Origin: a virus
Taxonomy: Duplodnaviria; Heunggongvirae; Uroviricota; Caudoviricetes
IMG/VR virus record: IMGVR_UViG_2811995276_000001
Direction: 5' to 3' (one strand)
Length of the DNA: 57,902 bases
The position numbers and the translations under genes were made by a program. Within the stretch, counting starts at the first letter, position 1, and every line of letters begins with the position of its first letter. This document shows positions 1 through 9,576 of the stretch, in pieces. The notes under the pieces were generated by a model. It saw only the letters and a program-made list of their open reading frames with translations, did not search any database and was not told the DNA's origin.

Positions 1-4
1 ATAC

Positions 5-39
5 AAAAAAATCAGGTGGAGTTAATCTTCACCTGATTT
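5..39 (-). terminator. Intrinsic terminator after the toxin/immunity pair
   Basis: Stem aaatcaggtg/cacctgattt with an A-run on + (U-tail on -). Confidence 0.75.
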
Positions 40-44
40 ATATT

Positions 45-485
45 CTATATATTATCTATTGTAATAATTTTATTCATGAATCTATCAATATCTTCTTTAG
101 TAACATTTAGTCTAACTGATAAACCTGATTCAGTACATTCATTACTATATCTTAATCCGGAATCGAGATTAACATACAAGCTTAAGTATTCACTTTCATA
201 ATCTAAAATAGTGAAAGTAATATCTGGCTCAATAAAATAGAAGTCAGTCATAGGAAATGTATACTCAAAGTTTTTTAGGTTTTCAATGTCTTCTTCGAAT
301 ATAGCTAATTCACTTTTAAATTTTTGATTTTCAAATTCTACAATAACCTCGTAATAAATAATCTTTTCTTCATCGTCAGTAGTATTTCTTAAAGGTTTTA
401 AAGTTAAAGAGCTTTTGCTATTACTGTAAAAAGCATCTTTTAAAATTATATTTTTAGAATCCAAAACTAATGACCCTTTCTCCAC
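45..485 (-). CDS. Putative immunity protein, WapI-like
   Basis: Acidic, 146 aa, no signal peptide, overlaps the toxin gene by 19 bp. The pattern FxEPDITF...LxLYVNLDSG...SVRLNVTKEDIDRF resembles WapI-type immunity proteins. Confidence 0.6.
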   Translation of the reverse strand: MEKGSLVLDSKNIILKDAFYSNSKSSLTLKPLRNTTDDEEKIIYYEVIVEFENQKFKSELAIFEEDIENLKNFEYTFPMTDFYFIEPDITFTILDYESEYLSLYVNLDSGLRYSNECTESGLSVRLNVTKEDIDRFMNKIITIDNI

Positions 486-976
486 ACTTTTTTAGGTGAT
501 TTTTGTATATAAGTAGTAACAATTTTATTGCCTTTAATTACTAATGTAGTTCCAGTTTTTCTATCATATAAAATTTTTGCCCCTGTTTTTCTGTCAGTGT
601 ATTTAGCGCCATTTTTGATGGTATTAGCCATCATGTGCTTAGTTATACCTCTTTGACCAGCTCTTTCAAGGGCATGCCTCGAAATATGTTTGATAAAAGT
701 TTTTACACCTTGCTTAGCTAAAATACTAAAGACAGCACCACCAACAAAAGGTATTAAAGGTAGTGCTCTAGGTATCATAACAGCTTCGTCTGTGTCATCA
801 AAAACAATATTTTTCTCAGAAGCTATCTCATCTTTAGAAAGCTCAATAGTATAAGGATCATTTTTCAATTGATCTTCAGTAGGGTATTCCTTTGCCTCAA
901 CAAATCCAGAAGTTGCGAATGTCAAAACTAAAGAGAAAATTATAGAAAAAGTTATGAATTTAATTGTTTTATTCAT
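467..976 (-). CDS. Secreted putative toxin: Sec signal, acidic pro-region, amphipathic helix, basic DUF4258/RelE-like nuclease domain
   Basis: ATG at 976 with GGAGGTG RBS. Signal peptide ends in VEA|K. C-terminal motif SRHALERAGQRGITKHMMANTIKNG...KIVTTY is DUF4258-like. Confidence 0.65.
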   Translation of the reverse strand: MNKTIKFITFSIIFSLVLTFATSGFVEAKEYPTEDQLKNDPYTIELSKDEIASEKNIVFDDTDEAVMIPRALPLIPFVGGAVFSILAKQGVKTFIKHISRHALERAGQRGITKHMMANTIKNGAKYTDRKTGAKILYDRKTGTTLVIKGNKIVTTYIQKSPKKVWRKGH

Positions 977-1019
977 ATTGCACCTCCAAACATACTTTAA
1001 CATATATTAGGTGCAATAT
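975..1019 (-). promoter_or_regulatory. 11-bp perfect inverted repeat able to occlude the toxin RBS and start codon
   Basis: atattgcacct (975-985) pairs with aggtgcaatat (1009-1019) and covers AGGTG of the RBS and AT of the ATG. Confidence 0.6.
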
Positions 1020-1197
1020 AAATAGTTAAATTATAAAAATTTTAATAGTAATAGTTAGGAAAAATAATTTACTATAATTTAAAAATAAATTGGGTTTTTC
1101 TTATTGGAGAGTTAAATGTCAATAATGCATTGAGGACATTAAATACGTAATTACTTACGCTAATAATCTATTCAATTTTGCTATGTGTTAATATTAT

Positions 1198-2721
1198 TTA
1201 TTTTTTAGATTTAACGCTTAAAGTTCCCCATAAAGTTTTATCCACTAAAATCTTTTCAGTAGCTCCTATCTTGCCTATAGGCATATAGAAATTACCAGCT
1301 GATGGGTTAGTAGGATACGTAAATCTAATCCACCAATATCCGTCTTTCTTGTACAATCTGTCATAATCCACATATTGATTTGGATAAATCCAAGAGCTAC
1401 TATCAACTTGAGTGGCTTTTAACCCAACGCCTCTACGAACAACAATTGGTTGACTGTTTCTAGCAAATGTTGTAAATACTCCTGACCAAGCAAATTCAGT
1501 TCTAGGTTTAGGTTTAGATACGGGTTGTGCTTTTCCAGCGGGTTTCGCTTTGGAAGGGATAATCTTATTAATAATATTTTTAGGCTTTGAAGTGGATGGA
1601 GAAGATGATTTAACAATTTTGCCCCCATGAATATCTTCAGCAATACCAAAACAGTATCCATCAATTTGGTCTACAATGTTTTTCATATCTTTTAAACTTG
1701 TTATAAATCCTAGTTCAACTAATCGATAATTTACACCTGTAGCTTTAGCGACATTAACATTTAAAAGGTTATTACGTGGATCGATATTTCTAATAGTACC
1801 AACGAACTGTGAAATAGTTTTATGTAAAGCTTTATCTAAGTTATCAGGTGCTAGACCCGAACCAATGATTACATGGCCGCCTGAAGCTTGTGGACTTGCT
1901 GCGTCGAGATGAAATTCAGTTACTGAATCATATCTTTTATTAGCAACCCAATACATGCCATAATCTCTATGATTACCAACCATATCACCATAACGTGTAT
2001 CTTGGAATAAATCTTGGTTCATAGATTCTCCACCATATAGCTCAACCGTGTGACCACATGCACGTAAATGTTTAGCTACACGAGGTACAATACTTTTTCT
2101 TATGAAATCACGCTCTGTATAGCCGTTTGCAGCTGCTCCACTATCATTTGACCAATATCCTAGTCCATGACCTGCAACTAATAAAATACGTCTCTTTTTG
2201 TATACTTTAGTACCATCATTGCTACTTTTAACGATAGGCACAATGAAATGAGTACATCCATAATAGTTATCTTGACGCAAAAGAGGGGGGAGGTTGGCTT
2301 TATTATTCCAGTTTTGCTCAAGAATTGTATATGTGGATTGAGTTACATTACCATACACTAAACCAGTATGACCAAACTTTTCATAGCCTGGCGTACCTTC
2401 TCTATAAATAGCAATAGCACCTACAGGAGGAAGATATTCCTTAGTATTTGGCACAAGTTTAAAATAACCTTTAAAATCATTATTAATTAAATTTCTAGCA
2501 TCACCCAGTAATCTTACATTACCGTTAGAGTGCCAATACGCAAAATCTACAACTAGATCAGCACATTGAGCGTGGTAATGTTTATCAAAGTCGATAGCTC
2601 CATATTCCATAGGAGCAAATCTTTTGTCATAACTTGTCGGCTTAGTTACTTTATATGGGCTATCAACTGTTTTATTAAAGTAGGCTCTAAGTCTATCATT
2701 TATTTGAGATTGAGTTTTCAT
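1198..2721 (-). CDS. Endolysin, CHAP + amidase_3 + SH3b
   Basis: CHAP motifs AQCADLV, GHTG and EQNW. Amidase_3 motifs LVAGHG, E, EFHLDA and LVELGFI. C-terminal SH3b. Strong AGGAGG RBS. Confidence 0.95.
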   Translation of the reverse strand: MKTQSQINDRLRAYFNKTVDSPYKVTKPTSYDKRFAPMEYGAIDFDKHYHAQCADLVVDFAYWHSNGNVRLLGDARNLINNDFKGYFKLVPNTKEYLPPVGAIAIYREGTPGYEKFGHTGLVYGNVTQSTYTILEQNWNNKANLPPLLRQDNYYGCTHFIVPIVKSSNDGTKVYKKRRILLVAGHGLGYWSNDSGAAANGYTERDFIRKSIVPRVAKHLRACGHTVELYGGESMNQDLFQDTRYGDMVGNHRDYGMYWVANKRYDSVTEFHLDAASPQASGGHVIIGSGLAPDNLDKALHKTISQFVGTIRNIDPRNNLLNVNVAKATGVNYRLVELGFITSLKDMKNIVDQIDGYCFGIAEDIHGGKIVKSSSPSTSKPKNIINKIIPSKAKPAGKAQPVSKPKPRTEFAWSGVFTTFARNSQPIVVRRGVGLKATQVDSSSWIYPNQYVDYDRLYKKDGYWWIRFTYPTNPSAGNFYMPIGKIGATEKILVDKTLWGTLSVKSKK

Positions 2722-2736
2722 TTGTTTCCTCCTTGT

Positions 2737-2770
2737 AAAAAAATAAGCCGACTAAATTATTAGTCGACTT
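2737..2770 (-). terminator. Intrinsic terminator upstream of endolysin
   Basis: Stem aagccgactaa/ttagtcgactt plus A7 run. Confidence 0.7.
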
Positions 2771-2776
2771 AGTAGT

Positions 2777-3172
2777 TTATGAAATTGTTAGCTCAGGGTT
2801 ACCAGTAAATACATTGCTCATAGTTATGTATAAAATACCTTCAGGGTTAGTGAAGGTGATACTTGTAAATACTGTGCCACCACTTGCACCAGCTAAAGCT
2901 AATTCGCTATCACCTAGCTTTACCTGTGAGGCTTTTAGCACACCATTTTGTACTCCAGTTATTTGTACTTGATATGTTCTATTTGGTCTAACACCAGTAA
3001 TTGTCCATTGAGCTGTACCACCTATATTTTTATCAGGTGTTTGGCCTCTAGGAAGGGGTTTTGCAACAAATGAGATGGGTTTACTCCATATTTTTACGTT
3101 TCCAGCGTATATTTTGTCATATTCTCTCCCTTTATAAATAAGCCTACGGACTCCGTTAAAATTTGCTTCCAA
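2777..3172 (-). CDS. Small fibre-associated structural protein
   Basis: 131 aa, beta-rich. N-terminal RRLIYKGREYDKIYAGNVKIWS is a type seen after phage collagen-like fibre genes. Confidence 0.55.
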   Translation of the reverse strand: MEANFNGVRRLIYKGREYDKIYAGNVKIWSKPISFVAKPLPRGQTPDKNIGGTAQWTITGVRPNRTYQVQITGVQNGVLKASQVKLGDSELALAGASGGTVFTSITFTNPEGILYITMSNVFTGNPELTIS

Positions 3173-3176
3173 TTTA

Positions 3177-5627
3177 TCACCCCTTAATTAAGTATAAGGT
3201 ATTGAAATCTTTAGAAGATATTTCATTATATTCAGATTGTGTTCCTGTCCAAATACCTATACTTGTACCATCCTTACCATTTTCCCCCTTAACTCCGTCG
3301 GTACCATCTTTACCTTTAAGCGATTGTAGCCATTGGCTAACATTACCAGAATATCCATTTTCTTTTGCGATGTCATAAGCAGATTTACCTGGTGCTCCAG
3401 CTTCTCCCTTAGCCCCGTCTTGGCCAAATGGAATATCAGCAGTTTTACCATCTGAAAAAGTTATACGCATAACCTTAGTTGTAGTAGAAGAACCCCACCA
3501 CCAACTGCCACCAGATGTTACGGTAGTTTCTTCAACATTTTGGATTGTTACTGATTTACCATCTTCTCCACGATCACCTTTAGCACCATCTTGACCACGT
3601 TCGCCTGTGGCTCCCCGTTCACCTTGTTGACCTTTAGGAATTGTGATCTTAGTATTGTCGCTAAACGTGATTTGTGTATTTCCTTGAGAATCTACAAGAT
3701 TGCTTTGTATAGTAATTGATTTACCATCTTTACCAATTTGTCCTTGGGAAATCTTTAGTAATCGTTCTTCCAATCCTGTGATATCATCAATTTCATGTCT
3801 ATGTGAAAGGGGAGAGTACTTATTGTCATGAGAATGTTTTTTTGAAGCATATGATTCACTAACTTCAGTTTTAAATTTTTGAAGTTGAGAATTATACTCT
3901 TCATTTAATATTGTTTTACTGTTTTGCAACCAATCGTCCAAGCCAGTTACTTCATTTATATTGTGTTTATGGGATTTGTCTGCTTTTTTTGTTAAACCTT
4001 GATTTAATTCTTCTTGAGAAATTTTAGATGATATTTGTTGAACTACCGAAGCACTCAAACTTTGATTTTCTTGCAAAGCAGTAGCTAACTCATTCAATGT
4101 ATTAAGATTTTCGGGAGCACTATCGATTAATTCTTCGATTTTCTTATCAATATAGGCTTTATTTTCTTCTTTAACTTTGGGTTCAAATGAATCTAGCTTT
4201 TGTGATAATGATTTTATGTCGTTGTTTTTTAAGCTTTCGATTTGAACTTTAGCGTCACGAAGTAATTGTTGTAACCTTTCTTCAAGACCATTAACACCAT
4301 CGATTTCAATTTTTTCTACAGATTCTACTCGTGCTTTTACTTCAGTTTGAACGCCGTCAATTTCCCAAAAGCCTGTTTCTTGGTTAATTGTTACAATACT
4401 TCCATCTTTACCTTTGTATCCACGAGGCCCACGTGCACCTTCTTCACCTTTTGCCCCTTGCTTACCTTTTGGAATACTAATTGATGTTTGATCAGAGAAT
4501 ATAACTTTGACATTATCTTCGTCTGAGTTATAGTCTACGGAGCTTATGCTTACTGACTTTCCATCTTTACCATCTAAACCTTTTTCGCCTGCCTTACCAT
4601 CGACACCAGGTTCTCCTTGCTTACCAACTAGGGAATTCAACCAAGCATCTTCAGAATCATAATTATGATATTTTGATGCAATTTCATATGCAGATTCGCC
4701 ATTTTTACCATTTTTCCCGTATAAAATGTCAATAGAATTACCGTCAGAAAATTCAATAGAAACTCTGTCATCTTTAGAAATAGCAGCCTTAATTGTAACG
4801 GAATCACCTTTATCACCTTTAGGTATAATTACTGAATCTCCATTGTTAAAAAATACTTTTCTGTCTCCATTATTTTCATTCTGAACATGTTGAATACGAA
4901 GTGATTCACCATCTTCACCTTTAAGACCTCGCTCACCATCTTTTGCTTTAGGTATAGTAACAACTGTTTGATCTGAAAAGGTGAGCTTTATTGAGTCACT
5001 ATTCTGTTCCTGTTTAACGATTGTAATAGATTTACCATCTTTACCATTAATTCCTTTTTCTCCGTCTTTTCCATCTGTACCATTTTTCCCATGAGGAATA
5101 ACAATTGTACGACCTCCAGAAAAATTAATAGTTGTTTTTTCATCATCGGTATCAACTTTATCGATGTACATTACTGCAACTTCTTTTTTGGCAGTTCTAA
5201 TTTCTCCGTCAATTTTTTCAAGGGCTTCTTTAATAATGTTATTAGTGATTTTTTCAGTAGTAAAAAGGTCTTGTAACTCACTTGGTGCTACTGAAGACGA
5301 TGGGTTAATTACAAGCTTTATAGAGTCATTAGATGGGTATTTTCTACCTTCAATATCTAATTCAACAAAATATACTCCTGTAGGTAGGACAACATCGATA
5401 ATCACGGCAAGTGTGCTTGAAGTTATCTTATATGTTTTTTGATAGGCAACGCTTTTACTTTTAGCTGACTTAAGGTATAAAGTTGCTTCGACATTATCTT
5501 TCCCAGCAATTACAAACTGGTCTATATTAAAGAGAATAGGTGATAGATCGCCTTGTTTAATTTGTAAGTATGTAGAATTATTATTGTTTGCGAAGTTAAG
5601 TTTATTACGTAAGTTTGATTTCTTCAA
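3177..5627 (-). CDS. Collagen-like tail fibre protein
   Basis: Multiple Gly-X-Y runs alternate with repeated beta units (SITI...TFSD...IPKG). Also GKSAYEIA repeats, the APENLNTLNELATAL fibre motif and HxH motifs. Confidence 0.85.
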   Translation of the reverse strand: MKKSNLRNKLNFANNNNSTYLQIKQGDLSPILFNIDQFVIAGKDNVEATLYLKSAKSKSVAYQKTYKITSSTLAVIIDVVLPTGVYFVELDIEGRKYPSNDSIKLVINPSSSVAPSELQDLFTTEKITNNIIKEALEKIDGEIRTAKKEVAVMYIDKVDTDDEKTTINFSGGRTIVIPHGKNGTDGKDGEKGINGKDGKSITIVKQEQNSDSIKLTFSDQTVVTIPKAKDGERGLKGEDGESLRIQHVQNENNGDRKVFFNNGDSVIIPKGDKGDSVTIKAAISKDDRVSIEFSDGNSIDILYGKNGKNGESAYEIASKYHNYDSEDAWLNSLVGKQGEPGVDGKAGEKGLDGKDGKSVSISSVDYNSDEDNVKVIFSDQTSISIPKGKQGAKGEEGARGPRGYKGKDGSIVTINQETGFWEIDGVQTEVKARVESVEKIEIDGVNGLEERLQQLLRDAKVQIESLKNNDIKSLSQKLDSFEPKVKEENKAYIDKKIEELIDSAPENLNTLNELATALQENQSLSASVVQQISSKISQEELNQGLTKKADKSHKHNINEVTGLDDWLQNSKTILNEEYNSQLQKFKTEVSESYASKKHSHDNKYSPLSHRHEIDDITGLEERLLKISQGQIGKDGKSITIQSNLVDSQGNTQITFSDNTKITIPKGQQGERGATGERGQDGAKGDRGEDGKSVTIQNVEETTVTSGGSWWWGSSTTTKVMRITFSDGKTADIPFGQDGAKGEAGAPGKSAYDIAKENGYSGNVSQWLQSLKGKDGTDGVKGENGKDGTSIGIWTGTQSEYNEISSKDFNTLYLIKG

Positions 5628-5651
5628 TTTAATCTACCTTTCGAGCATTTA

Positions 5652-5972
5652 TTAGTAGTTTTCTTCACGTATATCAATATCTGCTCCAAGTGGTTGATCT
5701 TTAATAACAGACAATGTTCCACCAGTAGCTTTTGCGTATTTTGCTTCAGCTTTATATTTGTTTAATTTTTCTTGAGCACGCTTAGCTTCGGGAGTATAGT
5801 TATTGTTTTTTCGCCAAATTTCAAATGACGAATAAATTCCTATTACTAGGTTAATAATTTGTTCAATATCTCCTTCGACAAAAGGTAGAGGGCTATAGCC
5901 ACGTGTCAGTAAAAGTTGGTTTACTGCTGCATATATAAAAAGAGTAGTTCTAATAATCATTGATTTTTCCAT
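5652..5972 (-). CDS. Holin, SPP1 family
   Basis: IRTTLFIYAAVNQLL...SPLP...WRKNNNYTPEAKRAQEKLNKYKAE. The ATG at 5972 has a GGAG RBS. Confidence 0.9.
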   Translation of the reverse strand: MEKSMIIRTTLFIYAAVNQLLLTRGYSPLPFVEGDIEQIINLVIGIYSSFEIWRKNNNYTPEAKRAQEKLNKYKAEAKYAKATGGTLSVIKDQPLGADIDIREENY

Positions 5973-5996
5973 TAAATTCACTCCAATTTTAGTCAA

Positions 5997-6022
5997 AATA
6001 AAAAGGGTGGAATCAACCACCC
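5997..6022 (-). terminator. Intrinsic terminator between the 26-aa peptide gene and holin
   Basis: Stem gggtgg/ccaccc plus U-rich tail on -. Confidence 0.7.
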
Positions 6023-6029
6023 AGTAATA

Positions 6030-6110
6030 TTACTTACAAATTCCAAACCAAAAACAAGTCCAGAAAGTTGCGCCCATAATTAGGGAATAACGGTTAGCGA
6101 ATTTCAACAT
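6030..6110 (-). CDS. 26-aa hydrophobic peptide MLKFANRYSLIMGATFWTCFWFGICK (not in the ORF track)
   Basis: AGGAGGTG RBS just upstream of the ATG, one TM-length segment, own terminator. Confidence 0.7.
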   Translation of the reverse strand: MLKFANRYSLIMGATFWTCFWFGICK

Positions 6111-6149
6111 TGTTCTTCACCTCCTTTAAAGAGGGGTTCAAGAATTTAT

Positions 6150-6551
6150 TTAAAACCCTAGAGTAATTTTCAACCACGTGAAAATAAAAGAGCTGGCTAA
6201 GGAGAAACCAATCCCGTAAATTCCCCATTTCATTTTATTACGTTCCTTCACCTCATCGTTTCGGTCTTTCGTAATTGCACTGACTTTATTATTAAGGTCA
6301 AGGTTAGTTAGTTCTTGCCTGTGCATTGCGTCTTTGATTGAATCTATTCCATCAGCTATTTTGTCTGTTTTAGAGGTCTGAACATCATTATTTCTGTCGA
6401 TTTTATTTTCAATTTCTCTAAATTTTTCATCAATCTTTCTCTCTATCTTTTCATCTTGTTCCGACATTTCTTTTTTGAGTTCTTTCAAATCTGATTTGAC
6501 GTCTCTGATGTCATCTTCAACAACAGAGACTCTAACCTCTAAGCTTTGCAC
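6150..6551 (-). CDS. Coiled-coil protein with C-terminal TM helix (DUF2951/XhlA-like lysis-adjacent protein)
   Basis: Long heptad region, then KWGIYGIGFSLASSFIFTWLKITLGF. Typical pre-holin position. Confidence 0.7.
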   Translation of the reverse strand: MQSLEVRVSVVEDDIRDVKSDLKELKKEMSEQDEKIERKIDEKFREIENKIDRNNDVQTSKTDKIADGIDSIKDAMHRQELTNLDLNNKVSAITKDRNDEVKERNKMKWGIYGIGFSLASSFIFTWLKITLGF

Positions 6552-6579
6552 ATGCTTAGCCTCCTTAAAATTATGTATT

Positions 6580-6615
6580 AAAAAAGTAGAGGGGAGTAGT
6601 TTATCCCTCTACTTT
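6580..6615 (-). terminator. Intrinsic terminator after the receptor-binding protein
   Basis: 11-bp stem aaagtagaggg/ccctctacttt plus A-run. Confidence 0.8.
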
Positions 6616-9344
6616 GAAATAGCATTTTCAAGTTCTTCAATTTTTGCTTGTTGTTTTTTAACTGCATCCCACAATAAAGATGTCATAGTATACACATCGA
6701 TTGCATCACCTTCATGTAACACTTCATCTACATCTTCAAGGATAACGCCATATTTAGTCTTCTTAATATTATTTTCTAAATCGGACTTCAAATTATATTG
6801 TTTGATGTCAGTTTTCTTGAGTAACTCTAGAGAATTAACTTTTAAATCTTCAATATTAGTTTTGTATTTTCTCGAAGAAACAGAGTTTAATTTACTAGCT
6901 TTAATAGGTTTATAAGAAATCTTTTTACCACTATTAAATCCACGTTTATCAGTTACACAAAACTCACCATCTACACCAGCATAAAAATTATGACCACTAG
7001 ATTTAATACCACCTGATGTAAGGGCTGACGTAGTATTTAATGTGCCTCCACCAGAGCCATTGAAATATACTGAATGCTTACCATTACGTGTGGTAATACT
7101 GTCGGTCTGAATCTTACCGATATTAAGTGTTACGTTGGCAGAAGGATCGCCTTTAGCATCTAGGCCGTAAATAGTAGGCACCTTAGACTTCATAAATCTT
7201 AAACCTGAGCCCAATCCTAACTGTTCATCTCCATATACAAATCTACCTGAATTATCTGTACTAACACCAAATGAGAATTCATTAGTGCCAGCTCTAAGGT
7301 TTTCATGTGGTTTAATGACTACATTAGATTGGCGTGATCTATTAAATACTGTAGCAGCAGCGTCGACATGAATTTGTCCGCCTGTGGCTTGTAATCCAAT
7401 AGCACCTCCAGCTGAATAGATAGTAACACCACGATTTTTTGAGTAAGCGTGTGAAAAGAATTCTATTGTACCAGAAGATATCACTCTTCCTTGAGGGTCA
7501 GAAATTTTACCTGAACCATCACGGAAGGTTGAAATACCGTCAGATGTATAATATAGTGACCTCCATGTAGAGGAAGTTGTATTGTCAGGGCTAATAGTGT
7601 CAGCCAATTCTGGGTAGTCTATTAATGCTCCTTGAGGATCACTAATACGTAACATACCATCTGACAAGTTAACTTCCTGAATACGGTTTCTATTTTTACC
7701 ATCACGCCACTGTCTTTCATAATAACCACGAGTACGCAATGAACCATTATCAATACTGAGGAAAGCATTAGGATCTAATTTATTTGATGTATTTTTAAAT
7801 GATACAGCTCCATTGAAATCGATATTATTTGCTTTAATTTTTATACGCTCAGTTGATTGATTTATCAGTGATTTAACTTCTTCGGCGCCAACTTTTTTAC
7901 CTACCTCAGATGTAAATTCATTAGCTGTTTGAGTAATTTTTGAGAACTTTTCTTCATTATCTTTCATATTTTGTTCAAAAAGAGATTTCTTTACAACATT
8001 AGTACTCATTTCTGTTTCTAAAATTTGAATTCGGCCTGTATTACTTTTAATAGTCTTAGAATTGTCTTCAATTTTTTGAGTTAGCTTAACATCTAAATCT
8101 TTAATCTTTTGGTAAACATCATTGTATGAAGGTGTCCATGTAGTAGGACGATTTCCTTCTTCAACTTTTAAGGAATTAGCTTGAATAGTTAATCCAACAC
8201 TATGGGCAATATGGATAACTTTCTTTTCTGAAGATAAACCTTTAGTTGACGTCGATAACTTATACTTTTTAAAATCATTAGTATTATTGTCTAATTTAAT
8301 TTCTTCTGACCACTCAGAATTTCCGATTTTAAACTTAAATGTGCCATTTTCTTTTAAAGGTTTTGCTTTAAAAGTGATACTAGCATAACTATCAGGTGTA
8401 ACTTCTTCTTCTAATTCGAGGGAATAACTAGAGCTTGATAAATAAGAGTCGTTAGGGGATATATTGACTGTTTTATGACTTAAATCAGTTGATGCATCAA
8501 ATCCATTACTAGGCTGTTTTAGTTTAAAATCTTTTTCGAATTCTGTTCCACCTAGTAAATTACGTGCACCAACAGTAATTGCTCTCATTTCATCTCTTAA
8601 ATCATCTGTTAGTTTATTAACTACTACTTTATCTTCTTTAGTTTTATATATATCTTGTATTACAGAAGTGTCCCAGCCAGCTATATCTTCCCAATCTAGA
8701 GCATCAATACCGTCATACCTGAATACTTTGTTTTCTTCAATAACATACAAAGTATCTCCGTTATTTGGATTAGGGTATTTCTCACTACGTTCTTGAATAG
8801 TTTTTACATAGGGAATCCAGTTCATCATACGACTGTCGCCAGCAGTGTTTGCATAGTCACCAGCTGCGTTCGCATAGTCTCCACGATCTTCAGCATATTC
8901 GCCTTGACGTTGTGTAACTCTTCCATTTTCTTCTGTTTCATTAAATAATTCCTGTAACATAGTTAGCTCTTCTTTATCGCCAACTTGTTCAAAGTCCTCG
9001 TAAACTTCATATCTAAATACAAGCGATGTAACTCTTTCTCTATCTTTATAAGAAGCAAATCGTGCTTTATATGTGCCTGTGAGTTTCATATCTGCATGTC
9101 GAAGTTCATAAACTACAAATTGCTTCCCATCATAATGGGCTAAGCCTGTATTACGTGTGCCAGTTTCAACATGCTCGATACTTACAGTAAAACGTTCTCC
9201 TTCTTTCAATTCCATTCTTCTTCCACCATCATACAACTCTATATATAAATAAGCTGAGTCATATTGTACAAATTTGATTTGTGGGTTAGGGTTCTGTTGT
9301 TTTACATCAAGTTTTAATACATATGTATTATCAAATTTAGGCAC
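6609..9344 (-). CDS. Tail fibre/receptor-binding protein: N-terminal BppU-like domain, C-terminal S74 intramolecular chaperone
   Basis: N-terminal IKFVQYDSAYLYIELYDGG (BppU-like). C-terminal SSRKYKTNIEDL...YGVILE...LLWDAVKKQQAKIEELE. Confidence 0.85.
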   Translation of the reverse strand: MPKFDNTYVLKLDVKQQNPNPQIKFVQYDSAYLYIELYDGGRRMELKEGERFTVSIEHVETGTRNTGLAHYDGKQFVVYELRHADMKLTGTYKARFASYKDRERVTSLVFRYEVYEDFEQVGDKEELTMLQELFNETEENGRVTQRQGEYAEDRGDYANAAGDYANTAGDSRMMNWIPYVKTIQERSEKYPNPNNGDTLYVIEENKVFRYDGIDALDWEDIAGWDTSVIQDIYKTKEDKVVVNKLTDDLRDEMRAITVGARNLLGGTEFEKDFKLKQPSNGFDASTDLSHKTVNISPNDSYLSSSSYSLELEEEVTPDSYASITFKAKPLKENGTFKFKIGNSEWSEEIKLDNNTNDFKKYKLSTSTKGLSSEKKVIHIAHSVGLTIQANSLKVEEGNRPTTWTPSYNDVYQKIKDLDVKLTQKIEDNSKTIKSNTGRIQILETEMSTNVVKKSLFEQNMKDNEEKFSKITQTANEFTSEVGKKVGAEEVKSLINQSTERIKIKANNIDFNGAVSFKNTSNKLDPNAFLSIDNGSLRTRGYYERQWRDGKNRNRIQEVNLSDGMLRISDPQGALIDYPELADTISPDNTTSSTWRSLYYTSDGISTFRDGSGKISDPQGRVISSGTIEFFSHAYSKNRGVTIYSAGGAIGLQATGGQIHVDAAATVFNRSRQSNVVIKPHENLRAGTNEFSFGVSTDNSGRFVYGDEQLGLGSGLRFMKSKVPTIYGLDAKGDPSANVTLNIGKIQTDSITTRNGKHSVYFNGSGGGTLNTTSALTSGGIKSSGHNFYAGVDGEFCVTDKRGFNSGKKISYKPIKASKLNSVSSRKYKTNIEDLKVNSLELLKKTDIKQYNLKSDLENNIKKTKYGVILEDVDEVLHEGDAIDVYTMTSLLWDAVKKQQAKIEELENAISK

Positions 9345-9367
9345 TATTTAACACTCCTTATTATTAA

Positions 9368-9398
9368 GAAAAGCCACAGGATTATTAGTCCTGTGACT
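9368..9398 (-). terminator. Intrinsic terminator
   Basis: Stem agccacagga/tcctgtgact plus A-run. Confidence 0.65.
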
Positions 9399-9561
9399 GT
9401 TCTTTAATCTTATTTAATTGCACACTTAAAGCCTGATTTTCAATTTCCAATTCGATTGTGTAGTCAGTTTGTCTTTTAATCGTTTCAAGCGCTTTGTAAT
9501 ATTTATCTTTCATATATTCTAAAGACATTTCTAATTGTTCTAATGAAGTTTGTTGTTTCAA
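9385..9561 (-). CDS. 58-aa coiled-coil protein (not in the ORF track)
   Basis: TTG start with AAGGAG RBS; MKQQTSLEQLEMSLEYMKDKYY...KEQSQD. Confidence 0.7.
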   Translation of the reverse strand: MKQQTSLEQLEMSLEYMKDKYYKALETIKRQTDYTIELEIENQALSVQLNKIKEQSQD

Positions 9562-9576
9562 TTAAATATCTCCTTG

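Noticed and set aside
3177-5627. Collagen-like gene as a host surface adhesin or virulence factor
   Set aside because: No signal peptide or LPXTG; it carries phage fibre motifs and lies in the virion operon.
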